DNA of 20,000 nucleotides from an uncultured virus (IMG/VR IMGVR_UViG_3300027914_001419) (taxonomy: Duplodnaviria; Heunggongvirae; Uroviricota; Caudoviricetes). This document shows, in pieces, positions 7,783-14,607 of the stretch (positions within the stretch are counted from its first letter, which is position 1; each line of letters opens with the position of its first letter). Position numbers and translations under genes: made by a program. Where the stretch lies: the IMG/VR virus record IMGVR_UViG_3300027914_001419; one strand, written 5' to 3'. Under the pieces are notes generated by a model. The model was not told the origin of the DNA. It worked only from the letters and a program-made list of their open reading frames with translations, and ran no database searches.

Positions 7783-8756
7783 GCGGCGTCCTCTTGATGG
7801 TCTTCGAACATGCCTTCTATTCGTCCGGCGGCCAGGGTGTCGTTGAAGGCCTTGGCGAGGATTTCTTCCATGCCTTCGTAGACTTCCGGGGCTCTTGTGG
7901 GGTCTCCGCCGGAGAGGTGGATGATGTGGGCGGACCCGATGTGGAGCTGGTGGCGGATGGTGTCGCGCAGGGATCCGACGAGGGCGGCGAGTTGCGCCCA
8001 GGCTTCGTCGCGGTGGAGCCATTTGGCGTTTTGTTCGCGCTGGAGGTCTTCGGCCTGGATTTCGGCTTTTTTGGCGTCGGCGATGGCTTTGCGGGTGTCG
8101 GCTTCTTCGCGCTGGCCTGCGAGGTCCACGGGAGAGGCGGACCGCCGTTCTACGTCGAGCTGCTGGCCGTATTGGAGGACCTGGAAGCGGGAGACGGTTC
8201 CGTCTTTGTGGACGGAGGGAAAGCCTGCTTCGCAGTCGTTGTAGAATTTGCCGCGGCTGATTTTGTAGCCCTGGGACTGAAGCCAATTGTGGGCCTGGAT
8301 GCGGTTTTTGAAGCGTTCGCCTTCGGGGGCAGGGGCTTCTTCGGGGAAGTAGGCCTGCCAGAGACGGTCGATGGTTTCTTCGTATAGTTCGCGGGCGGCG
8401 TCGAGGTTCGCTTTAGTTTCTTTGCCGGGGTGGTTTTTGAAGGCGAGCATGGTGGCGTCGCGGCCGTCGCGGACCATGGACAGTTCGTCTTTGTCGTTGT
8501 CGGGGACGATTTCGAGCAGCTTTTTGAGCTTGTCGCCTTTGTAGACGATATTTCCGGCTTTTTTGCCTGCGTTGCAGCTCTTGCAGGCGGTTTTGAGGTT
8601 GGAGATTTCGTTTTTGCCGCCTTTTGATACGGGGGTGACGTGATCTATTTCCAGTTCGGCTTCGGTGGCGGATTTGCCGCAATACTGGCAGGTGTAGCCG
8701 TCGCGCCGGAAGACTTCGAAGCGTAGTTTGTCGTTGATTTTTGTCCGATCCGCCAT
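7779..8756 (-). CDS. HNH endonuclease fused to a probable terminase small subunit
   Basis: N-terminal RFEVFRRDGYTCQYCG...IDHVTPVSKGG.NEISNLKTACKSCNAGK is a clear HNH domain. C-terminal REEADTRKAIADAKKAEIQAEDLQRE..WLHRDEA resembles the Nu1-type coiled coil. Translationally coupled to terL. Confidence 0.7.
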   Translation of the reverse strand: MADRTKINDKLRFEVFRRDGYTCQYCGKSATEAELEIDHVTPVSKGGKNEISNLKTACKSCNAGKKAGNIVYKGDKLKKLLEIVPDNDKDELSMVRDGRDATMLAFKNHPGKETKANLDAARELYEETIDRLWQAYFPEEAPAPEGERFKNRIQAHNWLQSQGYKISRGKFYNDCEAGFPSVHKDGTVSRFQVLQYGQQLDVERRSASPVDLAGQREEADTRKAIADAKKAEIQAEDLQREQNAKWLHRDEAWAQLAALVGSLRDTIRHQLHIGSAHIIHLSGGDPTRAPEVYEGMEEILAKAFNDTLAAGRIEGMFEDHQEDAA

Positions 8757-8777
8757 TATGCCCTCGTTGTTTTCTTT

Positions 8778-9062
8778 CTATTTGTCGAACAATTCGAGTT
8801 GGATTTTTGCTGGCTCAACAATGACCAGGCCCCAGCTTTCGATTGTTTCCATGGTTGCCCGCCTGTCGTGGTCCCGGCTCTGCCATGACCAGCGGCCGGG
8901 AGAGTCCATTGTGTAGAGCTGGAGAACGTATTGCCTGACCGGCCAGGACGACTCCATCCAGGGTCCGAATTGCGTCACCGTTTCTACCTCCCGGACCCGT
9001 AAGCGGACCCTGGGGTCTGCTGGCGGCGGCGGTTGCAGTATGTCTCCTGGGTAGAGTTGCAT
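8778..9062 (-). CDS. Hypothetical protein, 94 aa
   Basis: ATG 9062 (MQLYPGDIL) after AAAGGAGA; ends QLELFDK. Confidence 0.65.
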   Translation of the reverse strand: MQLYPGDILQPPPPADPRVRLRVREVETVTQFGPWMESSWPVRQYVLQLYTMDSPGRWSWQSRDHDRRATMETIESWGLVIVEPAKIQLELFDK

Positions 9063-9116
9063 TTGGGTTCTCCTTTGGCTGGCATGGCATAAATGTTCCG
9101 AATGGGATGTTGAGCA

Positions 9117-9140
9117 GCGCGTCACCCGCGGCTCCCGTTA
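9117..9140. repeat. Truncated third copy (one 24-nt arm) of the 115-bp palindromic element
   Basis: gcgcgtcacccgcggctcccgtta is identical to the right end of the copies ending at 9695 and 10714. Includes the stop codon of CDS 9138-9515. Confidence 0.9.
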
Positions 9141-9515
9141 AACCGTCTTTGCAAACTCGCGCAGGGTACGGGCAATAAACCAGCCGGTGCCGCATCCGGC
9201 GGAAAATTCTTGCGGCTGATGTGTTTCGGCAATTTCCGCCGCTTTCAACAGCCCATTCCGCAGCCCACGGATGTATAAATCAGCCTCATTCATTCCGATC
9301 CCGCTGCCGTCCTCCAACTGGAGATATTGCGCGGATATATCACCTATTGTGTCGCTCGCAATCCGTGCGGGGCCACGTTTTGTAGAAATGCACATGTTGC
9401 ATTCTTCCCCGTTGGGATTGCTGGCACCCATATCAAAACCAATTTTGCAATAACCCAAGATGGCTACAGGAACACCGTTTTTCTGCAATTCTTTTGATGC
9501 TTCATCCCAAGTCAT
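9138..9515 (-). CDS. Hypothetical cassette-borne protein, 125 aa
   Basis: ATG 9515 (MTWDEASKEL) after AAAGGA. Bounded on the coding strand by GTTAAACC (9539-9532) and its exact complement GGTTTAAC (9144-9137), which contains the TAA stop. Confidence 0.7.
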   Translation of the reverse strand: MTWDEASKELQKNGVPVAILGYCKIGFDMGASNPNGEECNMCISTKRGPARIASDTIGDISAQYLQLEDGSGIGMNEADLYIRGLRNGLLKAAEIAETHQPQEFSAGCGTGWFIARTLREFAKTV

Positions 9516-9536
9516 AAGTTTTCCTTTCGCTGGTTT

Positions 9537-9579
9537 AACCACCGCTACCAGCCGTTTCCGGCTGAAGCGGAGGCCCGTT
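9537..9579 (-). mobile_element. Short attC-like recombination hairpin
   Basis: Minus strand: AAC-GGGCCT-CCGCTTCAGCCG-GAAA-CGGCTGGTAGCGG-TG-GTT(AAAC). An imperfect bulged stem between AAC and a GTTRRRY core. Confidence 0.6.
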
Positions 9580-9691
9580 CACGCGACTGCGTCGCGTGAA
9601 CGGGAGCCGCGGGTGACGCGCCGATGAAGCAACTTGCGCGTGAACACGCGGGTAGAAGCGCACGCTTGGCGGCGCGTCACCCGCGGCTCCC
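9577..9691. repeat. 115-bp gene-less palindromic element, copy 1
   Basis: Hairpin gttcacgcgac-tgc-gtcgcgtgaac, followed by a perfect 25-bp inverted repeat (9599-9623 / 9670-9694). Differs from copy 2 at two positions (9631/10650 and 9640/10659). Confidence 0.95.
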
Positions 9692-9703
9692 GTTATCCGT
9701 GAA

Positions 9704-9886
9704 TTACCACGGAAGATGTTTTTCGCACCACACGTAAAATCTTTCTCCTAGTTTTTCTAGGGCCACATCGAAGTGATCCGACAAGGAATCTCCACTTTTG
9801 CCTGGCAAGTGGCAAATTAGTTTCAGCGCGAAATAAATTACTATTCCGTAAATGAACCAAAAAATTAAAGGTAGTATTGCTTCCAT
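9704..9886 (-). CDS. Small cassette-borne membrane protein, 60 aa
   Basis: ATG 9886; MEAILPLIFWFIYGIVIYFALKLICHL is a hydrophobic helix. AT-rich. Bounded by GTTATCCGT (9927-9919) and its exact complement ACGGATAAC (9700-9692). Confidence 0.65.
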   Translation of the reverse strand: MEAILPLIFWFIYGIVIYFALKLICHLPGKSGDSLSDHFDVALEKLGERFYVWCEKHLPW

Positions 9887-9924
9887 AATTAGTACCCTTT
9901 CCCGCTGGTCCACTGATAACGGAT

Positions 9925-9968
9925 AACCAGCACTATGCACCCGCCAGAGCGGGTAATGCTTGATCCTT
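9925..9968 (-). mobile_element. Short degenerate attC-like hairpin
   Basis: Minus strand: (T)AAG-GATCA-AGCATTACCCGC-TCTG-GCGGGTGCATAGTGCT-G-GTT(ATCC). Starts at the HTH stop codon; AAG replaces AAC. Confidence 0.5.
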
Positions 9969-10146
9969 ATGATGCTTGATTCGACTTCTTCCAGAGTTCG
10001 AGCCAGGAAAAAGCAATTCCCGGCACCCTCCGCTTTCCGCCCTCCCAGTCCTGCCAGGTCCGGTAAGGGGTATTGCTGTATTCGGCTGCTTGCTTCATGG
10101 AGAGGCCCGCCGCCTTCCGGGCCTCTCGAAGCTGTTCGGCTGTCAT
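9967..10146 (-). CDS. XRE-family HTH protein, 59 aa (below the ORF-track cutoff)
   Basis: Translated by eye: MTAEQLREARKAAGLSMKQAAEYSNTPYRTWQDWEGGKRRVPGIAFSWLELWKKSNQAS. ATGA overlap with the upstream gene. Confidence 0.88.
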   Translation of the reverse strand: MTAEQLREARKAAGLSMKQAAEYSNTPYRTWQDWEGGKRRVPGIAFSWLELWKKSNQAS

Positions 10147-10364
10147 GCTTCGACCAAATAAAACGAGCCATCTGTTTTGGTCGGGACCAAGTACTCCTTG
10201 CCGAGGTCAGACACATACACCATGCATCGCTCACCTGCCACCCAAACAACATTCCCCTGTCGGTATTTCGGAGTGACGGTACTCAGTCCATCATGGTCAG
10301 GCTCACCCAGCAAACTGCACAATGGATACTGTTCCCCGGTTTCTCTTTCATATGCTCTAATCAT
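10143..10364 (-). CDS. Hypothetical protein, about 73 aa, first gene of a two-gene operon with the HTH
   Basis: AGGGAGG RBS followed by ATG 10364 (or 10370), MIRAYERETGEQYP...; lies downstream of a consensus promoter. Confidence 0.75.
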   Translation of the reverse strand: MIRAYERETGEQYPLCSLLGEPDHDGLSTVTPKYRQGNVVWVAGERCMVYVSDLGKEYLVPTKTDGSFYLVEA

Positions 10365-10404
10365 CGTCATTGCCTCCCTTGGTTTGTTGTTCATCTTGAT
10401 TCCT

Positions 10405-10456
10405 ATTATACACGCATTGCGTATGCTGTCAACAATAAAAATGTGCATTGCGTGTA
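10405..10456 (-). promoter_or_regulatory. Consensus sigma70 promoter with operator-like palindromes
   Basis: TTGACA (10432-10427), 16-nt spacer, TATAAT (10410-10405). The spacer contains the dyad ACGCA-A-TGCGT, and a related site TACACGCAATGCACAT lies at 10456-10441. Confidence 0.85.
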
Positions 10457-10485
10457 TTTTTTTACCAAAGGGAGGCAAGCATCAA

Positions 10486-10598
10486 AACAAAACATTCGAC
10501 CGGCCCCCAGAACACCGCCTCTCTGACTGTCTCACTGAATATTGCGGCATCTCTGTTTCGTCCCCACCCACGCTGAAGGCCGGTCAATTCAAACCGTT
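10486..10598 (-). mobile_element. attC-like recombination hairpin (about 113 nt)
   Basis: Minus strand: AAC-GGTTTGA-ATTGACCGGCCTTCAG ... CTGGGGGCCGGTC-G-AAT-GTTTT-GTT. Paired arms at 10573-10585 and 10498-10510, with a single extrahelical G and an unpaired spacer next to the AAC/GTT cores. Confidence 0.65.
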
Positions 10599-10710
10599 CA
10601 CGCGACTGCGTCGCGTGAACGGGAGCCGCGGGTGACGCGCCGATGAAGCGACTTGCGCATGAACACGCGGGTAGAAGCGCACGCTTGGCGGCGCGTCACC
10701 CGCGGCTCCC
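10596..10710. repeat. 115-bp gene-less palindromic element, copy 2
   Basis: Direct repeat of 9577-9691 at an offset of 1019 bp with 2 substitutions. Abuts the TAA stop of CDS 10712-11065. Confidence 0.95.
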
Positions 10711-10711
10711 G

Positions 10712-11065
10712 TTATCTGTATTCCTCGATAGTGCCCTTAACGATCTTGTAGTTGATCGCCTGAGACTCCCCCTTGATTTCAACAGTTCCGAGACCAGGCA
10801 TCCCTTGAGTGATGGTAATAGCGGTGCCCGGCTCTCCCGGACCCTTAGCGAAATGGATTCGGATTTCCTCCATGCTGTCGATTACGATGTCCATTTGTCT
10901 CTCCGAGTACGACTCGCTCATCACCGCACGCATTGCTTCCCGCATCCGCTCCAGGTTGCCCGGCAGAGTGTAATATTCCAGAGCCGACCCAGCCGCCCGA
11001 AGAACCGAATCAAGCGCCGTATCTACATTTTTATTGCCGTCAATTTTGGTATCAGATTGGTTCAT
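10712..11065 (-). CDS. Hypothetical protein, 117 aa
   Basis: ATG 11065 (MNQSDTKID) after GGAGG. The stop TAA is part of a TAAC core. An internal RBS-ATG (GGAGAG...MDIVIDSMEE) suggests a possible fusion of two genes. Confidence 0.65.
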   Translation of the reverse strand: MNQSDTKIDGNKNVDTALDSVLRAAGSALEYYTLPGNLERMREAMRAVMSESYSERQMDIVIDSMEEIRIHFAKGPGEPGTAITITQGMPGLGTVEIKGESQAINYKIVKGTIEEYR

Positions 11066-11211
11066 CGTCTTTCCTCCGTGCGTCCACCACGCACACCAAG
11101 CACAGCCACACCCACTTGCTGCCTGTCCAATGCGCGATAAATGCACTCGTGCAGTCGCCCTGACAGGCCTCCTTGCCGCACTCATGGCACCTGTCGGCGC
11201 AGGCTGGTCCG

Positions 11212-11511
11212 TTACCCATTGCTGCTATCCCACACCGAACCGCGTAGCATCCGCGCCATCAACAGGTCAGGATTGCATCGGCGAACCGTCTTCACTACAG
11301 GCGCAGACTCCACGGGCAGCGGCATTTCGACCCTTTTCGGGCGGCCCTGTTTCGCCTCCTTGCGGCGTTGCTTTTCCTGCGTCGTTTTTTGCTGCCGATA
11401 GCATTTGCTGTCGCAGTACATCCGCATGGCGAACTTTGCCCAAGTTTCGTCCGGCCTCATAACCAGCGGTTTTCTGCAATTTTCGTTCTTGCACAGCCTG
11501 GCCTTATTCAT
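11212..11511 (-). CDS. Hypothetical Cys-rich basic protein (possible Zn finger)
   Basis: CKNENC...YCDSKC; GAGGAG RBS. Confidence 0.65.
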   Translation of the reverse strand: MNKARLCKNENCRKPLVMRPDETWAKFAMRMYCDSKCYRQQKTTQEKQRRKEAKQGRPKRVEMPLPVESAPVVKTVRRCNPDLLMARMLRGSVWDSSNG

Positions 11512-11535
11512 GGTTGCTCTCCTCTATTACCTTTT

Positions 11536-11811
11536 TCAGCAGGCGGCCTCCACCCTGGCCGCTCCGAGCAGGGCGTAACCGGCTATGTCCCGGTAGGGGG
11601 ATTCGCCGAGGGCGTCGCGGTCGGTGGCGATACGGAACAGTTTGTCTATGATTCGGACTACACACAGGGCGTCACTCATTTGTTCTGGGGCTATGCCGTC
11701 CGGGTAGAGGATCCGCATTACCTGCCCGGCCTGGCCGAAGCTGTCGCCGTAGGCGAGTTGTTTTTCTTCTACGATTGCACCTATCTCCTGGGCGAGTTGC
11801 ACGTATTTCAC
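11536..11811 (-). CDS. DUF1599 / nucleotide-modification-associated-domain-like protein
   Basis: GTG start (GTGA overlap, AAAGGAG RBS). Motif KQLAYGDSF...RIIDKLFRI...ESPYRDIAGYALL. Confidence 0.65.
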   Translation of the reverse strand: MKYVQLAQEIGAIVEEKQLAYGDSFGQAGQVMRILYPDGIAPEQMSDALCVVRIIDKLFRIATDRDALGESPYRDIAGYALLGAARVEAAC

Positions 11812-12002
11812 TTTTTCTCCCTTTCGTTCCACCATTGGCGGGCGTGTTCGCGGATTGCTCCTGTCGGCCCTTCGCAGTAGCAGTCGCGGCAGCAGATGAA
11901 GTATTCAATGGCGTTGTCTATGCCGATTTCGTCCATGTACAGGCTGGTCCCGCCGCAGAACGGGCAGGGCTTCAGGCCGGTTTCGTCGGGAATTATCATC
12001 AT
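11808..12002 (-). CDS. Lar-family restriction alleviation-like Zn-finger protein
   Basis: LKPCPFCGG...CRDC...GP...ARQWWNER. Confidence 0.8.
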   Translation of the reverse strand: MMIIPDETGLKPCPFCGGTSLYMDEIGIDNAIEYFICCRDCYCEGPTGAIREHARQWWNEREKK

Positions 12003-12532
12003 GCCGCCTCCGCCCGGATGAACCGGCCGTCTTTGCCCCTGAGCCGCTTGGGGACGGGTTTTGCGTACAGTTTATCGACGTGCTCGCCGAGGGCGTTGAA
12101 CATTCGCTTTGCTTTGGGGATGTTTATGCCCCTGCTTTGCCTGGCTATGGCGTCAAGAAGTTTGTCGAGGGATTTAAGCGCGGCGGCGGCCCGGTTGTGC
12201 TGGTGCGAGTTTATGGGCGCGAGGCGGGTCACTTCGTCCACCAGGGCGACGGCGTAGGCAGCGCGGTATTCGTGCAGGTTGCCGGTGAGGCCCGCTTCTT
12301 TGGCCGCTGCCGGGAGCATGTCGGAGATCCGCCCGGCGTTTATGCTGTCTTCGTAACCGGAGCCGGAGGGCATTACGGAGTCCAGGAGGCGGTTGGCGGC
12401 GTGTTCGACGGATTCGGCCCGGTTCCATTGTTCGCTGAGGCGGCGGACGTTGCGCTTTATTTCGTCGGCGGCGGCCAGGGCGTAGGATATGCCGAAGACG
12501 GCGAAGGACAGGGTTGCTTTGGTTGGTTGCAT
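11999..12532 (-). CDS. Hypothetical phage protein
   Basis: AAGGAG RBS; ATGA coupling to the next gene; C-terminal RGKDGRF motif. Confidence 0.65.
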   Translation of the reverse strand: MQPTKATLSFAVFGISYALAAADEIKRNVRRLSEQWNRAESVEHAANRLLDSVMPSGSGYEDSINAGRISDMLPAAAKEAGLTGNLHEYRAAYAVALVDEVTRLAPINSHQHNRAAAALKSLDKLLDAIARQSRGINIPKAKRMFNALGEHVDKLYAKPVPKRLRGKDGRFIRAEAA

Positions 12533-12544
12533 GTTGGTTTCTCC

Positions 12545-12931
12545 TTAGAACAGTCCGGCCTGGACGGATGGTTTTTGCACCTCCGGCAGATCTCCGGTCT
12601 GTGTGTGGGATTCGATAACTGAACCCGGGAAGGCGGCGGATACTTCCGGAAGCAGGCTGATAACTTCGGAAAGCAGGCCGGGTTTCTTTGCTCGCAGTAT
12701 TTCGATGGCCTGGGCAAATGTGACGGCTCTGCCTTTTTTTCCCATTCTGTTCATCCAGTAGGCGGTTCCGCAGAAGTAACAGGGCTTGTCTTCGATGATG
12801 AATTCGGCGACTATTTCGCGGCCTTCGGATTCGGTGAAGAATTGTTCCAGAGTTTTGCCCGCTATGGCGGAGAGCCTGAGATTGTCCCAGTTTTCGCCTT
12901 TTTTTTCTTTCATGGACCAGGTGATTTCCAT
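12545..12931 (-). CDS. Hypothetical phage protein
   Basis: GAGGG RBS; fills the gap downstream of the helicase in the operon. Confidence 0.65.
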   Translation of the reverse strand: MEITWSMKEKKGENWDNLRLSAIAGKTLEQFFTESEGREIVAEFIIEDKPCYFCGTAYWMNRMGKKGRAVTFAQAIEILRAKKPGLLSEVISLLPEVSAAFPGSVIESHTQTGDLPEVQKPSVQAGLF

Positions 12932-12938
12932 TTGTCCC

Positions 12939-14312
12939 TCAGTACGGATCGTTTTCCGCCGGGGCCTGCGTGTACCTCCCGCGGATTCGGGATTGCTTTC
13001 CTTCCGTATATTTGGCGGCTACGGAGTCATATGGGGTGAACCCTTTGAACTGGAGAAACGCCGGGTTCATGTCTACGGTGAATTTGAGTCCGGCTTCTCC
13101 GTTGGTGTTTTTAAGGACGGAACAGATGATGTTTTTGTCTTTGTCGCGCCAGAGACCGATCATGAAACGGGCATACTGCTCGATGGCCCCGGATCCTTTG
13201 CCCGCTTCCATGGTCATTTCAGCGCCTTGCTGAAGCCCGGCCTGGGGCCTTTTGGTGTGAGCCAGGACGATGACCGGCACATCAAGGCGTTTGGCCATGT
13301 TCATGATGGCCGGGGCGTTGGTTTCGATGAGCTCGAACAGGCCGGACGCTCCGGGCGCAGTGGTGAGCCCCAGAAGATCTATGCCGATGGCGCCGATTTC
13401 CCCGTATTTGCGGCGGGCAAGCCGGGTGTAGTGCTCGATCTGGTCGATTGTGAGCCCGCCATGGTCGCAGATGAGCAGCCGATCTACCCCTTTGGATGAG
13501 AGGGCGGAGAGTACGTTTTCGCGGTAGCCCTGATGGTGATGAAAGCCGCTCTCGATGTTGTAGGTGAAATGGCCCATGCCAATTTGCACGGTGCGCTCGA
13601 ACATGCGGATGTCGGACATTTCGAGGGAGAAGTAGGGATACCATTTGTCTGTCCGGCCGCAGGCGCCGATGAAGATGTTTTGCAGCAGGGCGCTTTTGAA
13701 GAGGCCGGGGCCGCCGAGAATGTACATGACTTCCTTCGGGCCAACCCCTCTGATGACGCTGTCGATTTCCGGAAAGCCGGTGGTGAAGCGCAGTTTTTCG
13801 ATGGTGCGGACGTAGTGCTGGTACTTGTCCGCCAGGGCGTTGATGGTCTGGAACGGGTCGGTGGAGACATGGCCGGAGGTGACGTTTTCGAGCCGGTTGA
13901 TTCCGCTGGAGATGATTTCGTCCAGGTCAGCGTTTTCGTCACAGGCGGCTGTGGCGATTGCCCGAGCCGCTTCTATGGTGTTGCGGGCCAGTGATGATTT
14001 GCGTACCCGGCCGCTGTAATAGGCGATGTTTGCGGAGGTGGGAACGTAGTCAATCAGTTCCGCCAGGTACTGAGCTCCTCCGGCTCTGGAAAGGGAGCCG
14101 TCCGCCTTGAGCTGTCCGGTAACCGTGATGAGGTCTACCGGGCGGTCGGTGGCGCGTAACAGCCGGACGGCGTCGAATATCAGGCGGTGGCGCTCTTCGA
14201 AGAAATCCCCGGCGGTTAGCTGTTCCGAGGCGGTGTCACAGGCTTCAGGGTCCAGGAGAATCGCGCCGATGACGGCCATTTCGGAGTCTATGTCTTGGGG
14301 TTGCTTTCTCAT
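12939..14312 (-). CDS. DnaB-like replicative helicase (divergent motifs)
   Basis: DnaB N-terminal domain PQDIDSEMAVIGAILLD...DFFEERHRLIFDA...VDLITV..L...GGAQYLAEL...PTSANIAYY. C-terminal TGFPEIDSVIRG, FSLEMS and GSGAIEQ. Start probably ATG 14312. Confidence 0.88.
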   Translation of the reverse strand: MRKQPQDIDSEMAVIGAILLDPEACDTASEQLTAGDFFEERHRLIFDAVRLLRATDRPVDLITVTGQLKADGSLSRAGGAQYLAELIDYVPTSANIAYYSGRVRKSSLARNTIEAARAIATAACDENADLDEIISSGINRLENVTSGHVSTDPFQTINALADKYQHYVRTIEKLRFTTGFPEIDSVIRGVGPKEVMYILGGPGLFKSALLQNIFIGACGRTDKWYPYFSLEMSDIRMFERTVQIGMGHFTYNIESGFHHHQGYRENVLSALSSKGVDRLLICDHGGLTIDQIEHYTRLARRKYGEIGAIGIDLLGLTTAPGASGLFELIETNAPAIMNMAKRLDVPVIVLAHTKRPQAGLQQGAEMTMEAGKGSGAIEQYARFMIGLWRDKDKNIICSVLKNTNGEAGLKFTVDMNPAFLQFKGFTPYDSVAAKYTEGKQSRIRGRYTQAPAENDPY

Positions 14313-14319
14313 CCGGTCC

Positions 14320-14607
14320 TCAGAATGGGCATTTGCCGTCGCTTGACGGGGCTTCGCCGTCAAGCAGGGCTATGGCCTGCCGGCGTATTTCGGATTTCAG
14401 GGCTTCATCGGTTATGTTGACGTGTTTTTTCCAGGCATCATTGCCGTCGCGGCCGGTGAATTTTTCGGCCGGTTCGCTGATCCAGGTTTCGCCGTTGTCT
14501 TTGCGGCACAGCGTAATACCGCGGACGATGAGCGGCTGGAATTGAACGTCGAAGGCGGCAACCAGAATTCCCGCTGTTTCAATTTTGCGAAAGTTTACGA
14601 TTTTCAT
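14320..14607 (-). CDS. SpoVG-like nucleic-acid-binding protein
   Basis: LVAAFDVQF..LIVRGITL...GETWISEP.EK...DG...WK..V pattern; located in the replication module. Confidence 0.6.
   Translation of the reverse strand: MKIVNFRKIETAGILVAAFDVQFQPLIVRGITLCRKDNGETWISEPAEKFTGRDGNDAWKKHVNITDEALKSEIRRQAIALLDGEAPSSDGKCPF

Noticed and set aside
571..7797. Long plus-strand ORFs (571-1794, 2193-3161, 5460-6134, 6856-7797 and others)
   Set aside because: They are antisense shadows of well-supported high-GC minus-strand genes, with no recognisable motifs.
7783..8286. 168-aa N-terminal extension of terL in the ORF track
   Set aside because: Arg/Pro-rich shadow frame overlapping the HNH-TerS gene. ATG 7782 has an RBS and ATGA coupling and gives a GpA-sized protein.
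9887..10252. 182-aa ORF 9704-10252 as a single gene
   Set aside because: Its upstream part overlaps the 59-aa HTH gene and a hairpin site in another frame. Only the last 60 codons have an RBS-like start and fit the cassette limits.
9117..10716. Repeats read as a CRISPR array or a diversity-generating retroelement TR/VR pair
   Set aside because: The units are 115 bp and separated by whole genes rather than 30-40-nt spacers. No cas or reverse transcriptase gene is in the window. The two substitutions go in opposite directions (A/G and G/A) and are non-coding.
11066..11214. Further attC-like site starting at the TAAC stop of CDS 11212-11511
   Set aside because: A weak stem exists (GACAGG/CCTGTC), but there is no closing GTT and no GTTATCTGT matching the end of the next gene. 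At most a decayed site.
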